The notes: generated by a model from the sequence alone, not told the origin. Positions 26,223 to 36,867 are shown, counted from the first letter of the stretch. The stretch is 64,000 nucleotides of DNA from a virus (IMGVR_UViG_3300025759_000088:1073-65072), one strand, 5' to 3'. Program-made: numbers and translations.

Positions 26223-28127
26223 CTACATCGAATCGCCCCAACTGGAGCCCATTTCGATATCGGTCTGCATCGGCACTTTTAAATCTATTGCATCACACAT
26301 GATTCCTGCAAGTGTTTTTGCTTCTGCCTCGTCGGCGACACTGAAGGCTAGCTCGTCATGTACCTGCAGCAGGGGCAGCACACCAGCTTTGTAGATGTCT
26401 ACCATTGCCTTCTTCGTCATGTCGGCGGCGGACGCCTGTATGAGCCTGTTAAGGGCTTTGTATGCATATGCCCGCTGCAGGCTGACATTGGGCCCGTAAT
26501 AAGCTTTGGCTTCCTCGTAGGGCATTGCCTTGTGCATGCCGAAGCTCTGCGGCTCAAAGTCAGGAAACCGGCACTTACGCCCCAGCAGGGAGCGGATAGA
26601 GCCTTCTTTGTTTCCGTTCTGCACACGCTCCTGCACCGCCCGCATCAGACGCTTCACAAAGGGGACGCGGCTATCATACTGCGTCATTAGTTCCTTTGCT
26701 TCCTCCTTCGACAGGTCAAGCTGATCGGCAAGCTTTCCTACGCCCATGCCGTACATCATGCCAAGGTTGATCGTCTTTGCCTGTTTGCGCGGGATATCGG
26801 CGATACCAGCCACCATGTCATGGAAATCCATGTCGGGGTTGTTAGTGTAGCCGTCCACAAACTCATCCACCCGCGGCATTTCTTTGCCGGTGGCTTCCTG
26901 AAAAGCCGCTGCAAAGTGAACCAAGATCCGTGGTTCCTGTTGCGAATAGTCTATAGAAGCCCACTTCTGGCCTTCTTCTGGTTTGAACACGGATCGTATC
27001 AACGGGCCAAGGTCCGGGTGCCGTGCAGGAATTTGCTGCAAGTTGGGGTTTGACATGGATATGCGCCCGGACACTGTACCGCCGTCATCTGACCTGATTT
27101 GGTTGATGTGGCCGTGGACACGCCCATCCTTGCCGACGTGCTTTAAAAGCCCATCCATGAAGGTGTTCTTGCTTTTGTTAAACTCACGCGCCTGCAGGAT
27201 TGCTTTGGGCAGATCGTGCGTGTGCGTGGTCAGGAAAGCTTTGGTAAAGGATGGCGCATTCTTTTCAGTCTTGGGGTAGCTGATGTCGAGCTTGTCGAAG
27301 GCTTTGGCTATTGACTGCGCTGCCCATATTTCTACATCGAAGCCGACCAGAGACTTTATCTGTTTCACGGCGGCTTTCTCTTGCTGCAGCATAAACTGGC
27401 TGGCGCGTTCCATTGCGTCAGTGTCCACCCGGATACCGCGCAGAGTCATATCCACAAGACATGGCAGCAAGTCTCGCTCCAGCGCATGGACGGTGGTGAG
27501 CCCCTGCTTGCCTATCTCAACTTTAAAATATGTCCAAAGTTCCAACGTAAGCTCCGCGTCGGCGGTAGCATACTCTCCCACAAACATGGCGGGCATCTTC
27601 CACATTTCGGACTTGGGGTCCAAGCCAAAATCCTTTGCCGCTTGCACCAGACCCTTTTCGGACTTGGTCTTGTTCAGGTGGTCGTAACAAACAGAGTTAA
27701 GGCTATAACTAAATCTATTTTCATCTAGCAGCGCAGCGACGACCATCGTGTCGATGATATGGCCGTTCACTTCAAAGCCGCTCGCTTTGAGCCATCCAAG
27801 ATCATACTGTGCGTTATGCATTACTTTGTCGGCGGGGCAGGCAAGCACCTTCTTCATCCAGTTGTTGACGATGCGCTTGTCGAGGTTGCCGCCGCCAAGG
27901 TGGGCGATTGGTAAGTAACCGCTCCACCCGTCACAGGCGACAGCGTAACCTATAACTTCCCCGTCATTGCGGGGCCAACCGGGGCCCAACGTCTTCAGGT
28001 TCGGGTCACGAGTTTCCAAGTCGATAGCAATTTCTTTTCTATCGGTAATGTCGGGCAACTCTGACGGCGGTGTCCAATCTGTCTTTTGATTAAACATCAC
28101 CAGTTGCAGTCCATCATTCCTCTTCAT
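26223..28127 (-). CDS. polA: DNA polymerase family A (3'-5' exonuclease plus polymerase)
   Basis: DLET, HNAQYD, SGRISMSNPNLQQIP, DYSQQEPR, KTINLGMMYG and QVHDEL motifs. Confidence 0.95.
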   Translation of the reverse strand: MKRNDGLQLVMFNQKTDWTPPSELPDITDRKEIAIDLETRDPNLKTLGPGWPRNDGEVIGYAVACDGWSGYLPIAHLGGGNLDKRIVNNWMKKVLACPADKVMHNAQYDLGWLKASGFEVNGHIIDTMVVAALLDENRFSYSLNSVCYDHLNKTKSEKGLVQAAKDFGLDPKSEMWKMPAMFVGEYATADAELTLELWTYFKVEIGKQGLTTVHALERDLLPCLVDMTLRGIRVDTDAMERASQFMLQQEKAAVKQIKSLVGFDVEIWAAQSIAKAFDKLDISYPKTEKNAPSFTKAFLTTHTHDLPKAILQAREFNKSKNTFMDGLLKHVGKDGRVHGHINQIRSDDGGTVSGRISMSNPNLQQIPARHPDLGPLIRSVFKPEEGQKWASIDYSQQEPRILVHFAAAFQEATGKEMPRVDEFVDGYTNNPDMDFHDMVAGIADIPRKQAKTINLGMMYGMGVGKLADQLDLSKEEAKELMTQYDSRVPFVKRLMRAVQERVQNGNKEGSIRSLLGRKCRFPDFEPQSFGMHKAMPYEEAKAYYGPNVSLQRAYAYKALNRLIQASAADMTKKAMVDIYKAGVLPLLQVHDELAFSVADEAEAKTLAGIMCDAIDLKVPMQTDIEMGSSWGDSM

Positions 28128-28305
28128 CCGGCAAACGCCTTTCTTCAGCGAGAAGATTTAAAAGATGCCTTGCCAATTCTTGCGCCTGTTCTGGCGATAT
28201 GGCGTACACGTTGTAGTCATCCCCTTTCCCGCTGTCCTTTGTCAGGACAGCGAGATTCAGGGCACCCTTCTTTTGAAGGCTGCAATATACGATGTGCTTC
28301 TTCAT
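28114..28305 (-). CDS. Small hypothetical protein
   Basis: Translationally coupled within the replication operon. Confidence 0.5.
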   Translation of the reverse strand: MKKHIVYCSLQKKGALNLAVLTKDSGKGDDYNVYAISPEQAQELARHLLNLLAEERRLPDEEE

Positions 28306-28598
28306 TTCTTCGCCTTTGTGGGGCGTCCCCTTTTCTTCGGGGCAGCTTTTTTCTTTGAAGCGGCCTTTTTAGCTGGGGCCTTACCGCCTACCCAAGCCTC
28401 ATTGACGGCGGGTGTTTTGGTGTTGTCCGCCACCAGACGACCTTTGTCATCTCTGGCTCTTTCTGGCTTTTCGCCCGCAACCAATTTACCTTTTTCGTCG
28501 TAATGCATCGTAAAGCTGCGGGGGTTTAGTTTAGGCTTTTCACTCTCCGGCGGTGCCACAAAGGTGGGGAAGAACAGTTTCAAGAATTTTTTAAACAT
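28302..28598 (-). CDS. Basic protein with RARDxKGR..NEAW motif and histone-like KKAA tail
   Basis: AGGAG RBS before the ATG at 28598. Confidence 0.6.
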   Translation of the reverse strand: MFKKFLKLFFPTFVAPPESEKPKLNPRSFTMHYDEKGKLVAGEKPERARDDKGRLVADNTKTPAVNEAWVGGKAPAKKAASKKKAAPKKRGRPTKAKK

Positions 28599-28629
28599 GC
28601 TTTCACTCCTCATGTTTCTGGTTTTTCGC

Positions 28630-30165
28630 TCATATTTGATAGCTACGCAAGCCATCCATGGGCGACACGATGTACAAGCTTTCTTTTGTCCGCGTGACGC
28701 CGACGTAAAAAAGCCTGTGAAGATCATCCATCATGCGTCTTCCTTCTAACGTGTTGGATGAAACTGCTTGGTCAGATGCGTGGGATATGTCTGTGTACAG
28801 GACAACGTTGTTTGCCTCTCCCCCCTTTGACCCATGTATTGTCGATACCTTGATCCGTGGTTCGTGTCTCAGGTTCTCCCCGCGGCGGAGCAGGGCGGAC
28901 ACGTAGGTATTCAGATGCTCTGGCACGTTGTTCATTGCTTCTTGCCACGGCATGTCGCCGGTAGCTAGCAGACCAAAATCCGTTTGTAGTGTCGTTAAGT
29001 TGTATGTGCTTTGCACGTCGATAGTGGACAGAGCTTTGAAACCGCGTTTAATCCGGCTACCTGATTTCATGTAGTAGTAGAGGTTTCGCGCAGACATAGC
29101 GTCGATCTCACCACCACCACACAGGGCTTCCCATGCAATCAACGCCGACGCCAGCTTCTCGCTAATGCTTTTGCTACCGCGGTTCTCAAAGAAATAGCCG
29201 TGTATCTTCAGTTGCTCGCATATGTCATTCAACATGTAGTTGCACTGCGCCATGACTAGCCACTCATCTTGTGCAAATCGCTTCATGTCTGGCATGAACA
29301 CACGGTCTACAACGCCCGTCATGTCTTTTGGCCGGTACTTTTTTGGTCTGCGGGTTTGGATCCGGTTGACGATGCGAGTAGCCACGTCATGCACCTTTGA
29401 AGGTATCCGGTAGGATTGCGACAACACCTCTGACCCATCTTCTACACCAAGGAAATGCTCAACATTCGCTCCTGCCCAACGATAGATAGCTTGATCGTCG
29501 TCACCGGCGGCATACATGCGGCCTGCATTGTCATTCAAGATATGTGCCACTTCCCATTGAAGCGGGGATAAGTCTTGCGCCTCATCCAGAAAGACCATAC
29601 TGAAGGGCGGGCATACCCGTGAGCCGTGTTCCGCGAACCATTCTAGGATGTCGGTGTAGTCGTAGAGGTTGTTAGCTGTTTTAAAAGCTGCGTATGCCTC
29701 GTTGATATACTTGACCGTGGTCAGCGGCTCCTCGACAGCGCTTTCTCTATATGTGGTTTCTATGCGCTCTTTCTTGAGCCGGGCCAACTGAATCAACTGC
29801 ATCATAGGGTTGTCGCGGGAATTGGATCCTATGTCGTCGTCGTAGTCATCGCTGCCTTTTGCCATAAGGTTGAAACCAACGCTTTGGCCGAACTCTTTAA
29901 GATGCTCATTACCCATCAAGTTGTTTTGATTGATATCCGACAGGTGGTAGCAGAAGCTGTGCAGCGTCCTGAAAAAATTCAGGTCTTTCTCAAGATCCAG
30001 TTTGAACTGACGTGCCGCCCGCTCTCGCGCCTCTCGCGCAGCTTTGCGCGTAAACGCCAGAAAAGCGATAGAGCTTGGCGCAGTGCCGTTGGCAATCGCT
30101 TTTTCAACCATGTTCAGCAGCGTGGTTGTTTTGCCTGTGCCCGGCGGGCCATAGATAACAAACAT
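28630..30165 (-). CDS. UvrD/Rep-like SF1 helicase
   Basis: GPPGTGKT, DEAQD, GDDDQAIY, STIHGSKGGE and YVGVTR motifs. Confidence 0.92.
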   Translation of the reverse strand: MFVIYGPPGTGKTTTLLNMVEKAIANGTAPSSIAFLAFTRKAAREARERAARQFKLDLEKDLNFFRTLHSFCYHLSDINQNNLMGNEHLKEFGQSVGFNLMAKGSDDYDDDIGSNSRDNPMMQLIQLARLKKERIETTYRESAVEEPLTTVKYINEAYAAFKTANNLYDYTDILEWFAEHGSRVCPPFSMVFLDEAQDLSPLQWEVAHILNDNAGRMYAAGDDDQAIYRWAGANVEHFLGVEDGSEVLSQSYRIPSKVHDVATRIVNRIQTRRPKKYRPKDMTGVVDRVFMPDMKRFAQDEWLVMAQCNYMLNDICEQLKIHGYFFENRGSKSISEKLASALIAWEALCGGGEIDAMSARNLYYYMKSGSRIKRGFKALSTIDVQSTYNLTTLQTDFGLLATGDMPWQEAMNNVPEHLNTYVSALLRRGENLRHEPRIKVSTIHGSKGGEANNVVLYTDISHASDQAVSSNTLEGRRMMDDLHRLFYVGVTRTKESLYIVSPMDGLRSYQI

Positions 30166-31709
30166 TAGAAGGGGATATCCTGTTCGTTGACGCCGTAATC
30201 TGGCGTGGTGATGTCGGATACTCCTTCTTCAAACGCAGGAATTTGCCATACGCGCACGACGCGGCCTTTGATGCGTAGCACCGTGGATTCGCCGTTGATG
30301 TCGCGTAGACGCTGGGCAATGCGGTGTGTTTTAAATTCAAAGAACCGTTGGCGCTTGAGATAGCTTTCAAAATCTTTGAGCCGGAAATATGTCAGATCAT
30401 TTTCTTCATCTGTCCATGGGCGGCGGAGCAGTATCTCTTCCTTGTCAGCGGCGGTCTGCATGTTGCGGCAGAAATCCTCAAGATACTCGTAGAATGCGCC
30501 GTCGATAGATGCGTCAGTGCTGGCCTCAATCACGCCGCCCTCTGTCTCTGTCATGTCCCGCAGCAGTGCTGCCACACGGTTTTCCCACACAGGCTTACTG
30601 ACTGTCGGCGGCATGACGTTAAGCTGTTCGATGCAGGACTTTTGAAAACTACCTTGGTTTTGCAAAGCGTCAGTGTCCAACTCCAAAGGCTCCCCGTTGA
30701 CATCCATAAACCATATGGGGGGCTTGGAATTATACTTGCGAAGGTTTGCAACTGTGGCTGCAGTGCCTACGTTGCCCACCCCGTAACGGCGCGTCAGGCA
30801 CCGCTCACGGTCACAGTGGTCATTGATAGGTGCATCGTTGCACTTGTAGGCGTAGTCGCGTCTCTGAAGCTGCCTAGCGATAACGTTTACTTCTGCCAGC
30901 GGCAGCGGCGGCTCAAAATGCTCCATGTTGTAGCGCATCAGTTCGTCTTCCCATGTGTCGGGAGAGAACTTGCGTAAGTACACACCAATATTAAACAGGC
31001 CATTATTTCGTGTACCTTCAGGAAATCCCTGTGTACAAAGGTGCTGCAGACAGGGGGGGCCTTCCATTATTGGTGAAACTTCACTCGTGCTTTCTACGGA
31101 AAGACCAGTGACTTGCTCCGCCGTCTGCACGAACCGTGTATGCAACTCAAAGAACTCTTCAAGCGTGGCTGCAGAGCCATCGTCCTTGAAGGCATACCGC
31201 AATCCTTCTTCTGCATTGTAATACGGCAGGTTTAAAAAGTTGCCCACGTCGCCGCGCTCAAGATGCAGGCGAATTTGTTTTGGAAATATCTCGCAACCTG
31301 CGTAGCCCAAACCGGCGGAGATAGTGGACAGCGTGTCCTGCATTAGCTTTGCGGCAATCCAATCTGATGTGAACAGGAACACATGTGCGCCCCCGGACTT
31401 TGACCGTGCCACAACGAGTGGCAGTTCGCGCTCTCGTATCTTGTTTATCAATTCGACGTGGTTGAAACCTGCATACTGATCAATATCAATGCAGCCCCAC
31501 TTACACATGTTATCTTCATTAATGGGAATGATGCCCAACGCAACGCCTGCGCCGCTCAAATGCCCTTCCCATAAATCCATGGTCCGCGGGCTTTTGATCA
31601 CGCTGGCTTTACCGGCTTGCTTGCCGTTGTTTTGTTCGCGTTGGATTTCGTAAGTGCCGTAGGCAGCTTCCAACCCGACAAAAATCTGTGAAAATTGTTC
31701 TGCAGACAT
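30165..31709 (-). CDS. Primase (AEP-type catalytic domain plus PriCT-like region)
   Basis: CIDID, SKSGGAHVFLF and EGTRNNGLF motifs. Confidence 0.8.
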   Translation of the reverse strand: MSAEQFSQIFVGLEAAYGTYEIQREQNNGKQAGKASVIKSPRTMDLWEGHLSGAGVALGIIPINEDNMCKWGCIDIDQYAGFNHVELINKIRERELPLVVARSKSGGAHVFLFTSDWIAAKLMQDTLSTISAGLGYAGCEIFPKQIRLHLERGDVGNFLNLPYYNAEEGLRYAFKDDGSAATLEEFFELHTRFVQTAEQVTGLSVESTSEVSPIMEGPPCLQHLCTQGFPEGTRNNGLFNIGVYLRKFSPDTWEDELMRYNMEHFEPPLPLAEVNVIARQLQRRDYAYKCNDAPINDHCDRERCLTRRYGVGNVGTAATVANLRKYNSKPPIWFMDVNGEPLELDTDALQNQGSFQKSCIEQLNVMPPTVSKPVWENRVAALLRDMTETEGGVIEASTDASIDGAFYEYLEDFCRNMQTAADKEEILLRRPWTDEENDLTYFRLKDFESYLKRQRFFEFKTHRIAQRLRDINGESTVLRIKGRVVRVWQIPAFEEGVSDITTPDYGVNEQDIPF

Positions 31710-31762
31710 AATAGCTCCAAAAGGATCGGGGCGGCAGACCGTGCTTCTGCCACCCCGAAGGC

Positions 31763-32548
31763 TTAGAACGGGATATCGTCTCCGGTTTTATCACCGGCGT
31801 CAGCACCTTCTTGAGTGTGCTTGACCTTTACCTCGCCCTTTTCAATTGACTGGTTGAAAGTTTTTGCGGAGTCATACTGCCCCCGCGTCGTGATGGGCCC
31901 TTCAAGGCTCATCTCCCAACCATGCCAACTTCCTTTGCTATTTTCTTCCTGAATAGTCTTCAGCAAGTAGATGTGGCTATACATCGGCGGAACAAATGCC
32001 CCATTCTGCCCCTGCATTTCGCGAGACAGGATCATGCTCATCCATTTACGCGACTTTTTAAGCTGCGTAGATTTCATAGCAATAAGGGCATTGGTAGCGC
32101 CGTTGTCTGACAGCACTTTGACATACCACTGCGACGTCTGTTCGATGTAATCGCCAGAGCCGTCCTTCAGATATTCTTTGTTATCGTTAGGATCACGCTC
32201 TGTTTCGGGCATGTCGTCGCTTGGGTCGTAAATTGCCACCGGCGCTCCAGAACCAGAACCTCGTGGGCTCCACTGGATATACTTACGCTGGTAAGCGCAC
32301 GGGATCACCTTGATGCCGTCTTTGCCTTTGAACACCTCACCCGTAACGGTATTGAGAATGTCACCCTTGCGGACGTCTTCACGCTCATCAAGGATTGGAT
32401 CAAGGCCAGATACGATCTTCAGGAACGGCAGCGCCATATCTTCCTGATCGACTTTGCCCAATCCGCCATGTGCATCTGCTTCAAACATTGAAACATCGAA
32501 CGCAGCAACGGCGGACTCTTCTTTCTTCACAACTTCATTTTTCGCCAT
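31763..32548 (-). CDS. Putative ssDNA-binding/replication protein
   Basis: Acidic DDIPF C-terminus; start at MAKNEVV coupled to the upstream stop. Confidence 0.6.
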   Translation of the reverse strand: MAKNEVVKKEESAVAAFDVSMFEADAHGGLGKVDQEDMALPFLKIVSGLDPILDEREDVRKGDILNTVTGEVFKGKDGIKVIPCAYQRKYIQWSPRGSGSGAPVAIYDPSDDMPETERDPNDNKEYLKDGSGDYIEQTSQWYVKVLSDNGATNALIAMKSTQLKKSRKWMSMILSREMQGQNGAFVPPMYSHIYLLKTIQEENSKGSWHGWEMSLEGPITTRGQYDSAKTFNQSIEKGEVKVKHTQEGADAGDKTGDDIPF

Positions 32549-33126
32549 TACTTCGCTCCTTTGATAACAGCACGTTGACCTACCCATGCGCCGAACATTT
32601 CCATTGGCAGCGGACGCCCCGCTTCCACTTCGTCCTTTACGAACGAACGTAAGGTTGACGGATGAACCGACTCTTTTTGATCGGGGTGCAGGCCCTTTGA
32701 CTTTGCTAAGTCGGCGAACTCCGCTGCCATGGAGTCTTCCCCCATTTTGAAGTCTACCGACACGATATTCTTGACCATGTCTCCATGACCGTTCTGCCTT
32801 AACCATGAGAACGCCTCTTCCCTGCTTGCCACCGGTATGCTCGCACCGTAGGTCTTTTTAATTTCTACTTGCGAGCCGTCGGAAAGCTTGAAAGACGACA
32901 CACCCATTTCCGCCAACATGCTGGGCAACTCTTCATCAGTCAGACGCAGAAGATCCTTCTTCTTGGCCTTGACCTTTTCTTCAAGTTCAGCAAGTTCTGT
33001 TTCGCGGCTGGCGATATCTGCGGCCAATTTAGCAACCCCTTTCAGGTTGCCGTCGTCAAATTGACCCAGTGGGGAAGCTTGTTTGGACTGGGTGTCCGCT
33101 TCCATAAGTGATGAAAGATCACTCAT
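32548..33126 (-). CDS. Conserved replication-module protein
   Basis: Coiled coil, AFSWLRQNGHGD and VHPSTL motifs; AGGAG RBS. Confidence 0.65.
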   Translation of the reverse strand: MSDLSSLMEADTQSKQASPLGQFDDGNLKGVAKLAADIASRETELAELEEKVKAKKKDLLRLTDEELPSMLAEMGVSSFKLSDGSQVEIKKTYGASIPVASREEAFSWLRQNGHGDMVKNIVSVDFKMGEDSMAAEFADLAKSKGLHPDQKESVHPSTLRSFVKDEVEAGRPLPMEMFGAWVGQRAVIKGAK

Positions 33127-33214
33127 ACTCGTCTCCTTTCGTGATTGAGTGCTGTTTAAGCACTTGAGGTATCCTATATAATGATATATATTCTCACAGT
33201 CAAGGAGAAAACAA

Positions 33215-34672
33215 ATGCGCCGTAAATTTGACAAATACGTATTTAAAACAGAGCCTTACGACCACCAAAGGTCCGTGTTCCGTGATTCGTGGCACAGGGA
33301 ATGTTATGCTTTATTTATGGAGATGGGTACAGGCAAGTCCAAAATCGTAGTCGATACGATTGCATTATTGCAAGAGGTTGGCGAGATCAACACAGTGCTG
33401 ATCGTCGCTCCGAAAGGTGTTTTCCATAATTGGGTGCGAAAAGAAATACCGACGCATCTGCCTGATAGGATTGAGCATTCTGTATGTGCATGGCAACCGA
33501 ACATCACGCAAAAGTACCGGGATGAATTTCAAGCGTTCATCAATTCAGACAAGCTGAAGATATTTGTAATGAACGTTGAGGCGTTCTCTACGCCCAAGGG
33601 TGCGGAGACAGCGGCGTGGTTTGCTAAGAAGTTTGGTGAGAAGGGCATGATGGTGGTGGACGAATCGACAGCCATCAAAAACCGTAAGGCCAATCGAACC
33701 AAAGCTATCGTCGCGGCGGGTAAGTTTTTCACTTACAAGCGTCTGCTGACTGGCTCGCCGGTGACAAAGTCGCCGATGGATTTGTTCTCGCAGTGCCTGT
33801 TTCTGGGCGACAACTACTTAGGCTACCCTAACTATTATGCCTTTCAAGGCCGCTACGCCGTCGTACAGCGGCGTTCTATGGGCCACCGGTCTTTCCAACA
33901 GATCGTGGGCTTCCAGCGTCTGGACGAGCTTAATTTGAAGCTTGACGACTTTAGCTCGCGGGTACTGAAGAAAGAATGCCTTGATCTGCCAGAAAAGGTT
34001 TACATCCGCCGGGAAGTGGAACTGACCAGCGAACAGAAAAACCTGTACCGTCAGATGAGCAAGCTGGCCTTGGCGCAGCTACAGGATGGCTCGCTGGTGT
34101 CTACCAACAACGTTCTGACGCAGATCATGCGCCTGCAGCAAATCTGTTGCGGCTTCGTGCGTGACGATGATGAGCGCACACGTGAACTTTCGTCGAACCG
34201 TGTGCAGGAGTTGTTGAACGTCTGTGAAGAAATAGACGGCAAAGCCATCATATGGGCCACATATGTTCACGACATTGAAAAGATCTGTGAAGTTTTGTCG
34301 AAAGAATACGGGCCTGACAGCTTTGGTGCGTTCTACGGCGCTACCGCTCAAGATGAGCGTCAGCGCATCGTGGAAGAGTTTCAAAACCCCGACTCTCCTA
34401 TGCGCTTCTTTGTGGGCAACAGTCGCACCGGCGGTATGGGGATCACGCTGACAGAGGCTAGCACAGTCATTTATTACTCAAACAACTACGATCTGGAGAT
34501 TCGTGTGCAGTCTGAAGACCGGGCGCACCGCATTGGGCAGAAAAACAATGTCACTTACATTGATCTGGTGTCGCCGCGGACAATCGATGAAAAGATATTG
34601 ACCGCGTTGCAAAACAAGCAAAACATTGCAAGTACGGTTTTGGGCGAGGAGTTGCGAGAATGGTTCCAATAG
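33215..34672 (+). CDS. SNF2-family SF2 helicase
   Basis: MEMGTGKS, VDES, LTGSP, GITLT and QSEDRAHRIGQ motifs. Confidence 0.92.
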   Translation: MRRKFDKYVFKTEPYDHQRSVFRDSWHRECYALFMEMGTGKSKIVVDTIALLQEVGEINTVLIVAPKGVFHNWVRKEIPTHLPDRIEHSVCAWQPNITQKYRDEFQAFINSDKLKIFVMNVEAFSTPKGAETAAWFAKKFGEKGMMVVDESTAIKNRKANRTKAIVAAGKFFTYKRLLTGSPVTKSPMDLFSQCLFLGDNYLGYPNYYAFQGRYAVVQRRSMGHRSFQQIVGFQRLDELNLKLDDFSSRVLKKECLDLPEKVYIRREVELTSEQKNLYRQMSKLALAQLQDGSLVSTNNVLTQIMRLQQICCGFVRDDDERTRELSSNRVQELLNVCEEIDGKAIIWATYVHDIEKICEVLSKEYGPDSFGAFYGATAQDERQRIVEEFQNPDSPMRFFVGNSRTGGMGITLTEASTVIYYSNNYDLEIRVQSEDRAHRIGQKNNVTYIDLVSPRTIDEKILTALQNKQNIASTVLGEELREWFQ

Positions 34673-34848
34673 TTGTTGGCGACGGCGTCATGGCTCAACG
34701 AGAAAAAAATGGGTTGTGCCCTAAGTGCCAAGCTTTTTGGAAAAAGGGACAGACCCAGTGCAGGGTCTGTGACTTGGTTATTTTAACGGCGGAAGACCGG
34801 CCTCAAAAGCCGCTGCCATTGGATCAGCGCCCCGACCTATCGCCATAG
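34660..34848 (+). CDS. Small CxxC..CxxC protein
   Basis: CPKC...CRVC; overlaps the convergent gene. Confidence 0.35.
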   Translation: MVPIVVGDGVMAQREKNGLCPKCQAFWKKGQTQCRVCDLVILTAEDRPQKPLPLDQRPDLSP

Positions 34849-36349
34849 ATGTACGTGGGGTAGCATCTCCAAATGCGTACACCGCTCTATTCGCTCTCAT
34901 TCGTGCTTCGGCGCGGTCTACGCCTTGAGCGACAAGCTGGTTTTCTATCTCCTGAACTCTTCTATTTTCACCCATCAACCGGGCTCTTTCGTCACCTATA
35001 GTCGCCTCTCTAGACACAGACGTCGGGGTCACCGTCGTTGTCGGAGCGGTTGTTCGCGCCGACGTGGAAGCTCTGTCGAACATCCCGCTGTACGACGGCC
35101 CATAGCCATAGAGATATGGAATGGCGTCCATAGCACCCTCTATGACGGATGAGGGAGCAGTGGTTGGTAATGATGTTGAGCCCAAAGTGAGCATGTCAAA
35201 ATCATCTATTTGATCAGCGGCTTCGGGGACCGAAGCTATTGGGTCACCCAGCGGGTTATTGATTCCTAACAGTCTTTGAGCCTCTCTTATTCCTTCAATA
35301 TTCTTCCGCTGTTCAGATTGACGAGCTAGTTCATGCACGTCCATCATTGTGTTGAAATTTGCCAATTCTTGTTGTTCGGCGAGTCTAGGGTTAGCTGCTT
35401 GGCCGACAAGGTTTTGAATGTTTTGAGCATTTCTGTCTCGCACTTGATTAGCCAGAATCGCGTCCATTATGTTCTCTCTCGTAACGGCGTCAGGAGAAGG
35501 AGAATAATCTCTGTCGAGAGTTTGCCCCACATTACTTAACGCACTGTCTACCAAATCTGTTGTCTGTTGGGCTCTGTTTCGTAAATCCAACAAATCGGAC
35601 ACGTTTGTTGGGCGCGGGGTTGGCAGTGTCATGTCTACCATGTCTGCGGCAGGATCTGGAAACGCCTGACCACCGGGGTTGGCAATTGCTTCCATTGGGG
35701 ATACGTTGTCGCCGATGCTGCCGCCGATTTCTCTTATAGGGTTTGCTATGGGCATGTTGTTTTGCAGCATCTCTGCCGCATTGTAAGGCTGCGGTGCTTG
35801 CCGTGCAGCACTTACTGCCGCCGGATTTGGAACACTGTTATACATGACCGCACCTAAAGCATCACCATCTGGCGAATAAGGGGCCGCGGGGGGATTGGGA
35901 GCAAACCTACGAGGTGCTTTACCACCGATGTCAGATAAAAACGCGCCTAGAAAACCGCCGTCTTTAAAAAACGAACCAAGGCCGGTGCCTCTTGGCGTAG
36001 CACGTTGCACTGTCCCGCCGGGCACATATTCACCGATTTTTAAAGCTGGAGCATACCCCTGTTTTGGGGAAGTCATTCCACTACCTTGGTAGCCTTCCCC
36101 GCTTTGTAAACCTAAAAATTGTTCATAGGCTAGTCGGTTAATATTATCGATTGACTTCTGCGTCATGCCACGATTGTTGGTGCTAAGAGGGTCGCCTCTA
36201 TAATCGGCGTTTCTTCCAAACATACCGGCATCGCCATACGGATTTTTATCCGAACGACCAGTCATGGCTTTGAATTTATCAAATTCGTATTGTTCTTGAC
36301 CGCCGCGAGCAGCTATATCCGCTAACCGCATCTCATTTGGACTTGCCAT
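34778..36349 (-). CDS. Low-complexity putative internal virion protein
   Basis: Last gene of the late operon; Ala/Pro/Asn-rich. Confidence 0.55.
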   Translation of the reverse strand: MASPNEMRLADIAARGGQEQYEFDKFKAMTGRSDKNPYGDAGMFGRNADYRGDPLSTNNRGMTQKSIDNINRLAYEQFLGLQSGEGYQGSGMTSPKQGYAPALKIGEYVPGGTVQRATPRGTGLGSFFKDGGFLGAFLSDIGGKAPRRFAPNPPAAPYSPDGDALGAVMYNSVPNPAAVSAARQAPQPYNAAEMLQNNMPIANPIREIGGSIGDNVSPMEAIANPGGQAFPDPAADMVDMTLPTPRPTNVSDLLDLRNRAQQTTDLVDSALSNVGQTLDRDYSPSPDAVTRENIMDAILANQVRDRNAQNIQNLVGQAANPRLAEQQELANFNTMMDVHELARQSEQRKNIEGIREAQRLLGINNPLGDPIASVPEAADQIDDFDMLTLGSTSLPTTAPSSVIEGAMDAIPYLYGYGPSYSGMFDRASTSARTTAPTTTVTPTSVSREATIGDERARLMGENRRVQEIENQLVAQGVDRAEARMRANRAVYAFGDATPRTSMAIGRGADPMAAAFEAGLPPLK

Positions 36350-36867
36350 TACACGTTCCCCATTTTTAGCGAAGCTTCCAACGTTTCATTGTTGCGCCGC
36401 AGCCAACCTTTACCAAAAGTATCAAAAGTTTTTAAAGAGCGATAGTAACCTTCACGGTCTTCTGCCATCGCTTTAATTATGTACTCAGGCTCAAACTGAG
36501 CGACTTGTTCCAAGGTCCGTGGCCCGATGGCCCCGTCTGGTGTGGCCTCGACAATACTTTGCAGATATTTAGCTGCGCGTCCGGGCCCAGAGTTCACGGC
36601 CCAATCAAAGGTGCTGAAGTCTACACCGCCGGGCAGTTCGTCGCCTTTTACTTTGTCCCAGTATCCCTGCTTGTAAATAAGCTCGACATGATCGTCTGAG
36701 ATGTTTTTTAACTCATCCACGTCTTCTAGCGGGCGACCAAGAAACTCTGAGTAAGTACGGTGCGTGATGCCTTTGTTGGTAGCACCGCCGGGATCTTTAG
36801 GGTGATCTACAAAACCGCCCTCATGCTTCAATACCATCTCAAGGCTTTTAAAAAAGTTAGCTTCCAT
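36349..36867 (-). CDS. Lysozyme, glycoside hydrolase family 108 with PG-binding domain
   Basis: HEGGFVDHPKDPGGATNKGIT, FDWAVNSG, DGAIGPRT and FGKGWLRR motifs. Confidence 0.92.
   Translation of the reverse strand: MEANFFKSLEMVLKHEGGFVDHPKDPGGATNKGITHRTYSEFLGRPLEDVDELKNISDDHVELIYKQGYWDKVKGDELPGGVDFSTFDWAVNSGPGRAAKYLQSIVEATPDGAIGPRTLEQVAQFEPEYIIKAMAEDREGYYRSLKTFDTFGKGWLRRNNETLEASLKMGNV

Noticed and set aside
32549-33234. Long N-terminal extensions in the ORF track (32806, 33234; also 24304, 22771, 28727, 1759)
   Set aside because: Downstream ATGs have clear RBSs or stop/start coupling, while the extensions run through promoters or neighbouring genes
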